Notes under the pieces: generated by a model
Databases searched by the model: none
Told to the model about the DNA's origin: nothing
Seen by the model: only the letters and a program-made list of their open reading frames with translations
Shown here: in pieces, positions 37,235 through 46,949 of the stretch
Layout of the letters: the number at the start of each line of letters is the position of its first letter
Position numbering within the stretch: the stretch's first letter is position 1
Assembly (NCBI GenBank): GCA_964460575.1
Contig: CAYWQK010000001.1
Location: 34,688 to 98,687, forward strand
Reading direction: 5' to 3'
DNA: 64,000 nt
Origin: an uncultured Desulfovibrionaceae bacterium
GTDB lineage: Bacteria; Desulfobacterota; Desulfovibrionia; Desulfovibrionales; Desulfovibrionaceae
Made by a program: the position numbers and the translations under genes

Positions 37235-37381
37235 CTAAAATCCCCTTCCGCCGGAGATGCCAACGTCCCAAACACCTTTTGCCTTAGTTTCAATGCGCTG
37301 TGGACCGTTGTCGCCGTAGTCAGCGCAGGCGGCAGTAAGCAGAAGCGCCGTCAAAAGAGACAGGAGCCAAAGTTTCTTCAT
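37235..37381 (-). CDS. 48-aa putative lipoprotein, unannotated small ORF
   Basis: MKKLWLLSLLTALLLTAACADYGDNG... has a lipobox (LLTAAC). Its ATG (37381-37379) overlaps the dnaB TGA (37380-37378) as ATGA. Confidence 0.55.
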   Translation of the reverse strand: MKKLWLLSLLTALLLTAACADYGDNGPQRIETKAKGVWDVGISGGRGF

Positions 37382-38796
37382 AGCATGTTTCCGTCTTCAG
37401 AGGGCGAGGCCATAATATCCAGATCTTCAAAGGCCGTATACTGCGGGAGGAACACTAGTTCCACTGTGCCTATGGGACCGTTGCGCTGTTTACCGATGAT
37501 AATTTCAGCTTTGCCCCGGTTGGGATTGTCCTCTTTTTTGTTATAGACCTCGTCACGGTAGATAAACAGGATCACGTCGGCGTCCTGTTCAATGGCGCCG
37601 GATTCACGGAGGTCCGAGAGGAGGGGCCGTTTGTCGCCGCGCTCTTCAAGTTTGCGGTTCAGCTGCGAGAGAGCGACCACGGGAATATTCATTTCCTTGG
37701 CCAGCGCCTTGAGCGAGCGCGAAATTTCAGAAATTTCCTGTTCGCGGGAGTCCGTACGTTTTGAGGCCCGCATGAGCTGGAGGTAATCGATGACGACAAG
37801 GTCTACACCGGATCTGGCTTTCAGGCGGCGGACGCGGGCGCGCAGTTCCATTGGTGAGAGAGCCGGAGTGTCATCAATAAACACAGGAGCCTGCCTAAGC
37901 ACGTCGCTGGAGGCGAAGAGGCGGCTCCATTCTTCATCGTTTAGGAATCCTCGGCGGAGATTGCTTAAGTCAACCTTGGCCCAGGCGCCGAGCATGCGGC
38001 TCATCAGCTGTTCGGCGGACATTTCCAGCGAAAACACGGCGACTTTCTTATTATCTTGCACGGCGGCGCGCAGGGCCATGTTCAGCGCGAAGGCCGTTTT
38101 GCCCATGGAAGGTCTTGCGGCGACAATAATTAGGTCCGAGGGCTGGAGTCCTGCGGTTTTTCTATCCAGCTGAAGGTAGCCTGTTGTAACACCCGTGACG
38201 GAACTTTTTTTTTCCATCCGCTTTTGCAGCGTTTCAAAAACAATGTCCAGAAGCCCCTTCGTATCCTGAAAGTCTTTGCCCGTCGTGCGTTCGGCCACGG
38301 CAAACACAGCCTGCTCTGATTCGTCCAGAAGGTCGGAAACAGGAATCGTGGCGTCAAAGCAGTTGCTGATAATATTTGAGCAGGCTTCAATGAGCGCACG
38401 CTGCTGCGCCTTGTCGCGAACAATGCCGGCGTAGTACTCGGCGTTGGCGCTCGCCAGTACTTTACCGGTAAGTTCGGCGAGGTACACCGCGCCGCCGGCG
38501 TTTTCCAGCTGCTTGGCATCGTTTAGGTAAGAGGCTGTGGATACAAGGTCAATGGGCGCTCCCTTTCGGTAAAGCTCGGAGAAGGCATTGAAGATAACCG
38601 CATGGGCAGGCAGGTAAAAATCCTGGGCTTTCAGCATGTCTGCAAGTGTATTAAACACCTCGTTCCGGAGCAGGATACCCCCGAGGACAGCTTGCTCGGC
38701 TTCAATATTGTTTGGAGGAACACGGCGGAGGATGTCATTGGTAGCCCTTTCTGCAGAGCGGAGTGCGGGAGACTTTTGAGGAGCAGCGCTGGCCAT
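37378..38796 (-). CDS. dnaB: replicative DNA helicase
   Basis: PPNNIEAEQAVLGGILL N-terminus, Walker A (AARPSMGKTAFALN), Walker B (LVVIDYLQLM) and SQLNR. A GGGAGG RBS precedes the ATG at 38796. Confidence 0.93.
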   Translation of the reverse strand: MASAAPQKSPALRSAERATNDILRRVPPNNIEAEQAVLGGILLRNEVFNTLADMLKAQDFYLPAHAVIFNAFSELYRKGAPIDLVSTASYLNDAKQLENAGGAVYLAELTGKVLASANAEYYAGIVRDKAQQRALIEACSNIISNCFDATIPVSDLLDESEQAVFAVAERTTGKDFQDTKGLLDIVFETLQKRMEKKSSVTGVTTGYLQLDRKTAGLQPSDLIIVAARPSMGKTAFALNMALRAAVQDNKKVAVFSLEMSAEQLMSRMLGAWAKVDLSNLRRGFLNDEEWSRLFASSDVLRQAPVFIDDTPALSPMELRARVRRLKARSGVDLVVIDYLQLMRASKRTDSREQEISEISRSLKALAKEMNIPVVALSQLNRKLEERGDKRPLLSDLRESGAIEQDADVILFIYRDEVYNKKEDNPNRGKAEIIIGKQRNGPIGTVELVFLPQYTAFEDLDIMASPSEDGNML

Positions 38797-39021
38797 TGGT
38801 GGAACCTCCCAAAGAATGCGGAAAAGCCGTTGCGCACGATACGGCAGAACGTTATCGCGGAAAGGCCGGTTTACACAAGTCGTATACTGTTGGTTTGTTT
38901 TTGCCAAGCGGTAGCTTTGTACGCGGGAGGGCGCGGCTAAAGGCGAGCTGGACTAGCAAGCAAAAAACAAAAAAAGCCGCCTCGTGTCTTGGAGACGGAG
39001 GCGGCTTATGAATGTCAGGCG

Positions 39022-39535
39022 TTAAGCCTTGGGCTCTTCAGCCGGGGCTTCTGGTTCCTGGGCTGGAGCGGCTTCTTCCTCGCCATGGTATTTGTCTTCA
39101 GAAACGACTTTCACAGTCAGCGCGGCAACAACGTCGGCGTGCAAGCGGATGCGCACGGGGTGTTCGCCAAGCGTGCGGATGGCGTGATCGAAGAGGATGC
39201 GGCGGCGGTCCACTTCAAGGCCCTTTTCAGAGAGCGCGTCGCCAATGATGTGGCTGGTAACTGAGCCGTAGAGCTTATCGTTATCGCCGACCCGCATGGG
39301 AATGACATGACATGCCGTCGAGCTTGGCAAACATTTCATCGGCTTTGGCGCGGAGCGCGTCCATATGAGCCTGTAGCTTGCGGCGTTCAAGTTCAAAAAC
39401 TTTCAAATTGCCGGGAGTGGCCGCCATGGCCAATCCCTGGGGCAGAAGAAAGTTGCGGCCATAACCGGGGCGGACCGAAACAACATCGCCAAGACGGCCC
39501 AGATTCTCTACATCGGCTCGAAGGATAATTTTCAT
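39022..39535 (-). pseudogene. rplI: 50S ribosomal protein L9 gene interrupted by a 1-nt frameshift
   Basis: The N-terminal ORF ([36 protein letters not shown]...AKLDGMS) stops at 39281. The rest of L9 ([25 protein letters not shown]...) continues in another frame. The shift lies within atgtcatgtcatt at about 39300-39314. Confidence 0.85.
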
Positions 39536-39544
39536 GCCGGCCTC

Positions 39545-39811
39545 CTAGAGCGTGCTCTTTTTCTTCACATCGCTGGAATGAACAGCCGTGTAGAACAGGA
39601 GCGCCATCTGACGGGCACGCTTGATTTCCACGGAAAGCCGGCGCTGATGCTCGGCGCAGGTGCCGGTGATGCGGCGCGCGATAATTTTGCCGCGCTCGGT
39701 AACGTAGTCTCGCAGAATGTCCGGGCGTTTGTAATCTAGGGGCAGATCTTTGTCTGCGCAGAAATGACAGAATTTGCGCCGGGGGGCGAACTTTTTCTTG
39801 ACGAAAGCCAT
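39545..39811 (-). CDS. rpsR: 30S ribosomal protein S18
   Basis: [11 protein letters not shown]...[34 protein letters not shown]. Confidence 0.93.
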   Translation of the reverse strand: MAFVKKKFAPRRKFCHFCADKDLPLDYKRPDILRDYVTERGKIIARRITGTCAEHQRRLSVEIKRARQMALLFYTAVHSSDVKKKSTL

Positions 39812-40125
39812 TACGCGACCTCCTTGGCAACTTCGGCATTTTCTTCCAGCTTCACGGTGATAAACTTGAACACGCCGTCGCTGATGCGGATGACGCGCTC
39901 AAGCTCGGCAACGACGCTGCCTGGAGCAATGTATTCAAGACGCACGTAGTAGCCGCGCATCTGTTTCTGGACGGGGTAGGCGAGATCGCGCATTCCCCAG
40001 TGGTCTGTTTCCGTCATCTGGCCCTGTCCCTGCTCAATGATGCCGGTGAAAGAGGCAAGAAGCGCGTCGCGCGCTTCACTACCAAGCTCCGGCGAGAGCA
40101 GCAGCAGAGTTTCAAACTTGCGCAT
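39811..40125 (-). CDS. rpsF: 30S ribosomal protein S6
   Basis: [14 protein letters not shown]...[17 protein letters not shown]. It lies at the head of the rpsF-rpsR-rplI operon. Confidence 0.92.
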   Translation of the reverse strand: MRKFETLLLLSPELGSEARDALLASFTGIIEQGQGQMTETDHWGMRDLAYPVQKQMRGYYVRLEYIAPGSVVAELERVIRISDGVFKFITVKLEENAEVAKEVA

Positions 40126-40204
40126 GGATTCCTCCTTACGGTCTATGGCCCATTTGCCCCATGCAAACGGGCAAGGCAGAGGCTAAATCCCTATCCAATT
40201 GTGT

Positions 40205-41359
40205 CTAGTTTGTCAACTGCTGAGGAGGACAACTATTGCCCGGATGCAACGCTTCCGAGGCTTTTTTAAGCATTTCGCGGATGGCGATGTGCTGCGGGCA
40301 GACTTCCTCGCATTCGCCGCACTGCGCGCATTCCGAAGCCGGTTTTCTACCGTGCAGGGTAATCAGCCAGTTTTCCTCGTTCTTTGCGGCCTGCATGTCT
40401 TGGTAAAGGGTGAGAATATTCAATGCGGAGAACGAGCCGGAAATGCCTATTTCCTGCGGACAGACTTTGGCGCAGTAGTCGCAGGAGGTACAGGGGATCA
40501 TGGGCAGGCTTTCTAGCGTTGTGCGCGCTTTATGCACCGCCGCTAATTCCCCTGCTGTAAGTGGCTTGAAATGCTCCATGCGAGCGGAGTTTTCTTCCAT
40601 TTGCTGTATGTTGCTCATGCCAGAGAGCACAGTGAGTACACCGTCTAGGCTAGCGGAGAAGCGTATGGCCCAGGAGGCGGGTGAGGCAGAGGCTTCGGCG
40701 CTGTGCAGAATCTCGGCAACGGGGGCGGGCGGGTTAGCGAGCAACCCTCCCTTAACCGGCTCCATGACGATCACCGGCTTGCCGTGGTTCCGGGCCACCT
40801 CGTAGCAGCGGCGTGACTGGACGGCCGGACTTTCCCAGTCCGCGTAATTAATCTGCAGCTGTACGAACTCCGCTTCCGGATGCTTGGTGAGAATGACTTC
40901 CAGTTCTTCTGCCGAGGAATGGAAGGAAAAGCCCACGTGCTTAATTAATCCTTCTCGTTTCTTTTGCAGAACAAAATTCCAGAGGTCGAAGTTTTCAAAG
41001 AAGGCGGTTCGCGTTTCCCCTAGGTTATGCAGCAGGTAAAAATCAAAATAGCCAGCTCCGGTCTGCTTTAGTGATGTTTCGAACTGGGCAATGGCATCGT
41101 TCCGCGTTGCGCAGTTGATCCATGCTGCGTTTTTGGTCGCAAGTTGAAATTTGTCTCTGGGATATCGTTCGACAAGCGCTTGGCGGATAGCATCTTCGCT
41201 GCCCGGGTAGGCCCATGCCGTATCAAAATAGGAGAACCCCCGCGACAGGAATAAATCCACCATTTTTTTGACTTGCTCAACGTCTATGATGCTTTCCTTT
41301 TTGGGAAGGCGCATAAGTCCAAAACCAAGCTTCTTGATGTTTTCGCCGAGATAGGCCAT
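40205..41359 (-). CDS. aldo/keto reductase with a C-terminal 4Fe-4S ferredoxin-type domain
   Basis: AKR N-terminus (LGFGLMRLP...FDTAWAYPGSE) and two Cys clusters (CTSCDYCAKVCP, CAQCGECEEVCP). An AGGAGG RBS precedes the ATG at 41359. Confidence 0.82.
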   Translation of the reverse strand: MAYLGENIKKLGFGLMRLPKKESIIDVEQVKKMVDLFLSRGFSYFDTAWAYPGSEDAIRQALVERYPRDKFQLATKNAAWINCATRNDAIAQFETSLKQTGAGYFDFYLLHNLGETRTAFFENFDLWNFVLQKKREGLIKHVGFSFHSSAEELEVILTKHPEAEFVQLQINYADWESPAVQSRRCYEVARNHGKPVIVMEPVKGGLLANPPAPVAEILHSAEASASPASWAIRFSASLDGVLTVLSGMSNIQQMEENSARMEHFKPLTAGELAAVHKARTTLESLPMIPCTSCDYCAKVCPQEIGISGSFSALNILTLYQDMQAAKNEENWLITLHGRKPASECAQCGECEEVCPQHIAIREMLKKASEALHPGNSCPPQQLTN

Positions 41360-41573
41360 GAGATCCTCCTGCGCGATAGAATACAAGAGGTTACAGCAAT
41401 TGTGCTGAATGCAGCCTGCGTTCTTAGAAAATCCTTACTGTTAAGGCTACAATGGAAAGCTTCTTATTTTGTGCGAAGGCATACTTTTGCGGTTGCGGAA
41501 AGTGTATCCTCATTCCCGGAAATGTATGGCTCTGCGCGATGCTGCGTCCAGCGTTGGAAATGGCGTGTAGGGG

Positions 41574-41610
41574 GAAAAAAAGCACTTATGACATTGTATT
41601 CATAAGTGCT
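41574..41610 (-). terminator. rho-independent terminator after tRNA-Val
   Basis: A perfect 10-bp stem (agcacttatg / cataagtgct) followed by a T7 run on the minus strand. Confidence 0.75.
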
Positions 41611-41619
41611 TGAATTCAT

Positions 41620-41695
41620 TGGTGGGCAGTAGGTGACTTGAACACCTGACATTCGGCTTGTAAGGCCGACGCTCTACCAGCTGAGCTAACCGCCC
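41620..41695 (-). tRNA. tRNA-Val (anticodon UAC)
   Basis: The reverse complement reads GGGCGGTTAGCTCAGCTGGTAGAGCGTCGGCCTTACAAGCCGAATGTCAGGTGTTCAAGTCACCTACTGCCCACCA. It has a cloverleaf with anticodon loop CUUACAA, and CCA is encoded. Confidence 0.9.
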
Positions 41696-41751
41696 CTTTG
41701 AATAGATAGACGATATCTATAGAGCAATTTTTTTGGAAATGCAAGCTTCTT

Positions 41752-42339
41752 TTAGCTGATGACCGCTGTTCGCGCTGCGGAGTGGCCCACAGAAAAGGCT
41801 TTGGCGATAAACGATCCGATGCTCCAATATTGTTGCGTAAGCGGTGCGAAAAGCAGGGGATCGATGGCCGCCACATCGGGAAGTCCGTCCGGCGTGAGGC
41901 ATGTGTCGTCGATTTTCACATCCATAATTTCGCCGATGAACTGGGTATGCGAGCCAAGATCTACACTGTGCGAAAGCGTTAGCTCAATGACAAGGGGGCA
42001 CTGTGCCACATAAGGGGCATCGATGTGCTCGGCAGGCTCCGGCGTCAGATCCAAGGTAAGGAACTTGTCCATTTCTGATCCGGAGTGCATTCCCGCAAAG
42101 TCTGCCTGTGCCACAAGCTTGCGTGAGGGAATGTTTACGGTGAATGCCTTGCGTTCCGTAATGGCCGCGTAGGTCCAGCGGTTTTTGCGCACGGAGACCG
42201 CGATAGACGGAGGTTGGGAGGCGCAGATGCCGCCCCAGGCCGCGGTCATAATATTTGGTTTTCCATCGCGGTCGTATGTGCCGACCAGCATGACGGGGGT
42301 GGGAAGCAGGAAAGGTTTTGCACCGAAAGAACGTAACAT
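41752..42339 (-). CDS. flavin reductase-like (FMN-binding split-barrel) protein
   Basis: PVMLVGTYDRDGKPNIMTAAWGGICASQPP is typical of the flavin reductase domain family. Confidence 0.8.
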   Translation of the reverse strand: MLRSFGAKPFLLPTPVMLVGTYDRDGKPNIMTAAWGGICASQPPSIAVSVRKNRWTYAAITERKAFTVNIPSRKLVAQADFAGMHSGSEMDKFLTLDLTPEPAEHIDAPYVAQCPLVIELTLSHSVDLGSHTQFIGEIMDVKIDDTCLTPDGLPDVAAIDPLLFAPLTQQYWSIGSFIAKAFSVGHSAARTAVIS

Positions 42340-42400
42340 GGTATCCTCGATTTTTCAAAGGAGTTTGGGGAAAAGAAAGCATTCGGCATTGCAGCGGTAC

Positions 42401-43795
42401 CTAATGCCCGGTAATGCCGTACTTTTTAAGTTTGTACTGCATAAGACTCTTAGAGATGCCGAGAAGTTTTGACGCATTGGCTTGGATAAAATCCGCGCGG
42501 ACGAGCGCCCGCCTGATCAGTGCGGCTTCAATGCGCTCCAGCGTATCGGCCAAATCCAGCTCAACAGGGAGCAGGTCTACAGCGCTTTTAAACTGGGCCT
42601 CTTCATCCCGGATTTCTGGGGGTAGGTGCTCAAGGTTGATGATATTTCCAGACACCAGCACCACGCAGCGTTCAACCACATTTTGCAGCTGGCGGACATT
42701 GCCGGGCCATTCGTAGCCCACAAGGTAGTTGAGCGCCTCAGTGGAGAAGGATTTCAGGGGCAAGTCGTTTTCCTTGCAGGATTTTTCGGTAAAATGGGCA
42801 ACCAGCAGCGGGATATCCTCCCTGCGCTCGCGCAGAGGGGGAAGAGCAATATGCACAACGTTGAGCCTGTAATATAAATCTTCACGGAAGGCGCCGGACT
42901 TTACAAGCGAGAGGAGGTCTTTGTTTGTTGCGGCGACAATGCGGATGTTGACCTCGATTTCCGTTGTGCCACCGACGCGTTCGAATTTGTGTTCTTGCAA
43001 CACGCGGAGGAGTTTGACCTGCAGCTCAGGCGTCAGCTCGCCGATTTCATCCAAGAAGAGCGTTCCGCCATCGGCCTGCTCAAAGCGGCCCCGCCGCATG
43101 GCCACGGCGCCGGTAAAGGAACCTTTTTCGTGTCCGAAAAGCTCACTCTCCAGCACTCCGGGGTTTAGAGCCATGCAGTTGACGGAAACAAAAGGCTCTC
43201 TGTTGCGGGGAGAGGCAAAATGAATAGCTTTTGCCACAAGTTCCTTGCCGGTGCCGGATTCCCCGCTGATCAGCACCGTGGCTTTGCTGGGCGCGACCCT
43301 GTCCACCATGGAGAGCATGTTGCGCATGGCGTGGCTGCTGCCGATGATGTTGTGTTTGCCATAGCGTTCTTCCAGGGATTTATGGAGAATCGTGAATTGG
43401 CGGTGCATCCTTGCAAGTTCCGCGGCGTTTTGAACGGCAAGCAGAAGATCGTCGTTGGAGAAGGGTTTGGTAATGTAATTGGTGGCGCCTTGTTTCATCA
43501 GATCCACAGCACTGGCAATGGAGCCAAAGGCCGTCATGATGAGCACAGGAATGTGCGGCCAGTTCTTCTTGACCCTGGCAAGGACTTCGCCGCCATTGAC
43601 ATGCGGCATTTTCATGTCGGTAATAACTACGTCCACTTCCGAATCTTCCAGGAACGCCAGAGCTGTTTCCGGATCATTCAGCGCCGTGACTTCATACCCT
43701 GCGTCTTTTAGCAGCGTTTCAAGGACCAGCAGGTAGTTGGCCTCGTCGTCAATAATCAGCAGATGTGTTTTTTCGTTGTTCATCGTTGGACTCAT
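42401..43795 (-). CDS. sigma-54-dependent response regulator (NtrC family)
   Basis: Receiver domain, then an AAA+ domain (GESGTGKELVAKAIH, the GAFTGA-type motif ESELFGHEKGSFTGA) and a C-terminal Fis-type helix-turn-helix. Confidence 0.92.
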   Translation of the reverse strand: MSPTMNNEKTHLLIIDDEANYLLVLETLLKDAGYEVTALNDPETALAFLEDSEVDVVITDMKMPHVNGGEVLARVKKNWPHIPVLIMTAFGSIASAVDLMKQGATNYITKPFSNDDLLLAVQNAAELARMHRQFTILHKSLEERYGKHNIIGSSHAMRNMLSMVDRVAPSKATVLISGESGTGKELVAKAIHFASPRNREPFVSVNCMALNPGVLESELFGHEKGSFTGAVAMRRGRFEQADGGTLFLDEIGELTPELQVKLLRVLQEHKFERVGGTTEIEVNIRIVAATNKDLLSLVKSGAFREDLYYRLNVVHIALPPLRERREDIPLLVAHFTEKSCKENDLPLKSFSTEALNYLVGYEWPGNVRQLQNVVERCVVLVSGNIINLEHLPPEIRDEEAQFKSAVDLLPVELDLADTLERIEAALIRRALVRADFIQANASKLLGISKSLMQYKLKKYGITGH

Positions 43796-45443
43796 TGTTC
43801 GCTGGCGTTGGCTGGGCGGGCGATGCGTCCGGGCGCAGCAGCAGGGTGATGGTCACTAGTGCGCCGCCTTCAGGCGCGTTGGCAATCTTTAGCTCTCCGC
43901 CATGCCCTGTGATAATGCTGTTGACGATGGGCAGGCCGAGACCCGTGCCGTGATCCTTGGTTGTAAAAAACGGATCAAGAGCGTGTTCCAAGCTTTCCGG
44001 CGGAAATCCGGGACCTGTGTCGCGCACGGAGAGGCGGATGCGCAGGTCGTCTGTGATTTCGCCGTCAATAAAAAGCGTTCCGTCTTTTTCCATGGCTTGG
44101 AATGCGTTGCTAATAACATTATACAGCGCACGGTACAGCAGATCTTTGTCACCGGAGGTGGGCAGAGCTGGGGGCGTGTTGCGTTCTAGGCGGATGTTGC
44201 GCTTAATAAATTCACCTTCCAGAAAGGCCAGCGCCTGGTCAATGATGGCAGTCATATCCACTGGAAGGGGCTTTGGTATCCGTGGACGCGCGTAATCAAG
44301 AAAATCGTTGACGGTCTGGCTCAGCCTTTTTGATTCGCTGTGCACTGCTTCCAGGATACGGTGTGTGAGCGCGTCAGTCCCGTCATCCCTATTCAGAAGA
44401 AGTTCCGCGCTGGAACGGATGATGCCCAGAGGATTGCGGATTTCGTGGGCGATGCTGGAAATCACCCGCCCCATGCTGGCAAGGCGTTCGTTTTCGTGGA
44501 GCTCGGATTCAAGCTTTCTCGTGCGCCGCATGCGCTCGGCAAGGATGCGTTCCGCATGGACAATAAACATCTGGAGCAGGCCAAACAGTACGGCGGAGGT
44601 TCCCAGGCACATAGCCAGGATGAACCACTGGAGCCGAATGACTGTTTCATAGTCATCCGTGATGTCCTTTACGATTTCGAGGACGCCGACGATCAGGGGA
44701 GGTTCATCGAGACTGGAGTTGGGCAGGCGTACGCTTAAGGGAAAACTCATGCGCAGCATGAAGGACGACGGCGGCAGATTTGGCATAAACATGGCTTTTA
44801 AGAGCGACATGGAAGCCAGCTTTTCAAAACCAGGACGTCCGCTGTCCTTTGCGGTTATCACGCTTTGGGGAATGAGGTCTCCTTTTCCAAGCTCGTGTTT
44901 GTCCAGCGAGTAGTTGATTAGCTTGTCCGCGCCGTAAATGCGCAAGCTTTTGATATTCAGACCGCGGACGTTTTCCCGGACAACCTCGTCCAGCAAACGG
45001 TACTGAAGAGGCTGCCGCAGGGCAATGCGGCCAAAGGCAACCATGGTTGGCACAACAAAGCGGCGCGTAACCTGGTGGTTTAAGTAGCCTCCTACGAGAA
45101 GACTGTAGTCCTGCTGGCGGACAAGCAGAGTTTCCCGCGCTATATTGCCAAGGAAAAAGCCGAGAGCGAGATTTGAGGGGAGGATCAGGATAAGCGACAC
45201 CCAGACAAGGAAGCTCCCTAGGCGGAAAGGCTGGTGCTCAGAGCGCAGAGCTGACGACTCGCCAAGAGACTGGTCTATGGAAAGAGACTCGGGCGCAAAG
45301 CTTTTTGCGCGGTCGGCCTTCTTTGTGCCGTGGCCAGACTCTTGGCTGGGGACGCCTTCCCCGTATGCAGCTTCAGGTGTAAGCGACAGAACCGGACCGT
45401 TCAGCGGCGCGGGATTTTGATCAGTCAAGATCTGCCTCAGCAA
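43749..45443 (-). CDS. sensor histidine kinase partner of the NtrC-type regulator
   Basis: TM segments, the H-box SSIAHEIRNPL, and N/G boxes (NVISNAFQAM, DTGPGFPPE, GTGLGLPIV). It overlaps both neighbours. The start is not verified. Confidence 0.85.
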   Translation of the reverse strand: MLRQILTDQNPAPLNGPVLSLTPEAAYGEGVPSQESGHGTKKADRAKSFAPESLSIDQSLGESSALRSEHQPFRLGSFLVWVSLILILPSNLALGFFLGNIARETLLVRQQDYSLLVGGYLNHQVTRRFVVPTMVAFGRIALRQPLQYRLLDEVVRENVRGLNIKSLRIYGADKLINYSLDKHELGKGDLIPQSVITAKDSGRPGFEKLASMSLLKAMFMPNLPPSSFMLRMSFPLSVRLPNSSLDEPPLIVGVLEIVKDITDDYETVIRLQWFILAMCLGTSAVLFGLLQMFIVHAERILAERMRRTRKLESELHENERLASMGRVISSIAHEIRNPLGIIRSSAELLLNRDDGTDALTHRILEAVHSESKRLSQTVNDFLDYARPRIPKPLPVDMTAIIDQALAFLEGEFIKRNIRLERNTPPALPTSGDKDLLYRALYNVISNAFQAMEKDGTLFIDGEITDDLRIRLSVRDTGPGFPPESLEHALDPFFTTKDHGTGLGLPIVNSIITGHGGELKIANAPEGGALVTITLLLRPDASPAQPTPANNESNDEQRKNTSADY

Positions 45444-46755
45444 GGAAACTCTGAAGCAGGGCGGCCTCCTCGGGATAATCGTCTGACCCCAGGCGTGCGT
45501 AAGCTAGGCGCTTGCCAAGTTCCACGGCCGGCTGGTCCAGAGGGTTCAGCTCCATAAGCCATCCGGTCAGGATGGTAGAGGCCATGCACAGTCCCATGAC
45601 CGATGCTGCGGTTTCAGCGCCCGTGTCTTCGGCGCAGAGCCGCAGAAGCGGCACATTGCTCTTAGCTAGAGCCGCGGAAGTGCCGAGGCATTCTGCATCC
45701 AGCAGCTCGCCGAAACGCCTGCCGCGGAGCCACGTCCATTTATCAGGAATGGATGCTGGGAACTGCGGGCCTGCGGCTTCACCCCGCGAAAGGGCGGGAC
45801 AAGAAAGCATGAAGCAACCTTTATCAGAAGGGCCGGCAAGGAACATCTGCTGGAGGGAGTGCTGGTCGGTAACGCCAACGGCTGGCAGAGGCATTGTTCC
45901 TTTGCCGCCTTTGCCGAGGCTTTCCGCCCAGAGCTGCGCGAACCAGCCGCCAAGAGAAGCCCATGCTGGGATGTAAGAGAAAAAGATGAGTTGGCTGTAG
46001 TTTTTTGTCCACAATTCATGCGCCCAGGCAGCTATTTGCCAGGCCGGATGCGCGGCCAAGGATTCCGGTGTCGCGGAGGCAAGGGGAAGAGTTGCTTCGG
46101 AAACGCCCTTTAGCATTTCGCGCCAGGGAAGTCCGAGAAAAAGCGCGGGAATCATGCCTACGGCGGAAAATACGGAGTAGCGCCCGCCAAGATTGTCTGG
46201 AACGGGAAGCGCGAGGATGCTTTCGCTGCCCGCTTCCTGCCGGAGATAGCCTTTACGTTCATCGGTGACAAGCAGGAGGTGTTCGTTCCACGCGCTACCG
46301 AGTTTTTCTTTCAGCCATTCTTTCAGCAGGAAATACTGTGAGAGCGTCTCGATAGTACCGCCGGATTTGCTGACAACAACAACTATGGTTTCGTTGGCAT
46401 CCAGCGAATCCATCCAAGCGGAGAGGCCTGCTGCGTCGATATTGTCGGCAATCCACAGCCAAGGCCCCTGGTGGCCTGGTCTGTCCTGCTGGGGGAAGAA
46501 GGCTTTCTGGAGAGCGCGGGCGCCCAGCGCTGAGCCGCCTATGCCCAGCAGCACCATGTGTCTAAATTGTCTCAGGCGGGGAGCAAGCTTTTCAAGATCG
46601 TGTTCAAGGGCGTTCCTGTACGGCATGGTAAGGCATGGCAGGAGTCCGGCGGCGCACTCTTTGTTTAGACGTGCCGCGCAGTCGGCAAGTCGCTGATTCA
46701 TAGCAGTCCGTACAGTCCGGCCTGTCCATGCGTGGCTCCAGTCGAGTTGATACAT
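45421..46755 (-). CDS. pgi: glucose-6-phosphate isomerase
   Basis: SIS/PGI blocks (VLLGIGGSALGARAL, VVSKSGGTIET, GGRYSVFSAVG). A GGAGG RBS lies 7 nt before the ATG at 46755. Confidence 0.85.
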   Translation of the reverse strand: MYQLDWSHAWTGRTVRTAMNQRLADCAARLNKECAAGLLPCLTMPYRNALEHDLEKLAPRLRQFRHMVLLGIGGSALGARALQKAFFPQQDRPGHQGPWLWIADNIDAAGLSAWMDSLDANETIVVVVSKSGGTIETLSQYFLLKEWLKEKLGSAWNEHLLLVTDERKGYLRQEAGSESILALPVPDNLGGRYSVFSAVGMIPALFLGLPWREMLKGVSEATLPLASATPESLAAHPAWQIAAWAHELWTKNYSQLIFFSYIPAWASLGGWFAQLWAESLGKGGKGTMPLPAVGVTDQHSLQQMFLAGPSDKGCFMLSCPALSRGEAAGPQFPASIPDKWTWLRGRRFGELLDAECLGTSAALAKSNVPLLRLCAEDTGAETAASVMGLCMASTILTGWLMELNPLDQPAVELGKRLAYARLGSDDYPEEAALLQSFLAEADLD

Positions 46756-46883
46756 ACTAGGCCTCCAGAAAAAGCTAAGGTTAAGCAACATGTGGCGCAT
46801 GTTGTTTTCAAGCAGATTTTCGAATGCGGAGCGCGTATACTCTTTATATCAGGCAACGTTGTGCCGTTGTCAATTCGTCTGTG

Positions 46884-46919
46884 CAAAAAAAGGCCGCTGC
46901 CGCGTTGGGGCAGCGGCCT
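46884..46919 (-). terminator. rho-independent terminator after the aminotransferase gene
   Basis: A GC-rich stem (aggccgctgcc / ggcagcggcct) followed by a T7 run on the minus strand. Confidence 0.75.
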
Positions 46920-46949
46920 TAAAACTTATAAAATTACGCTGCTAAGCAG

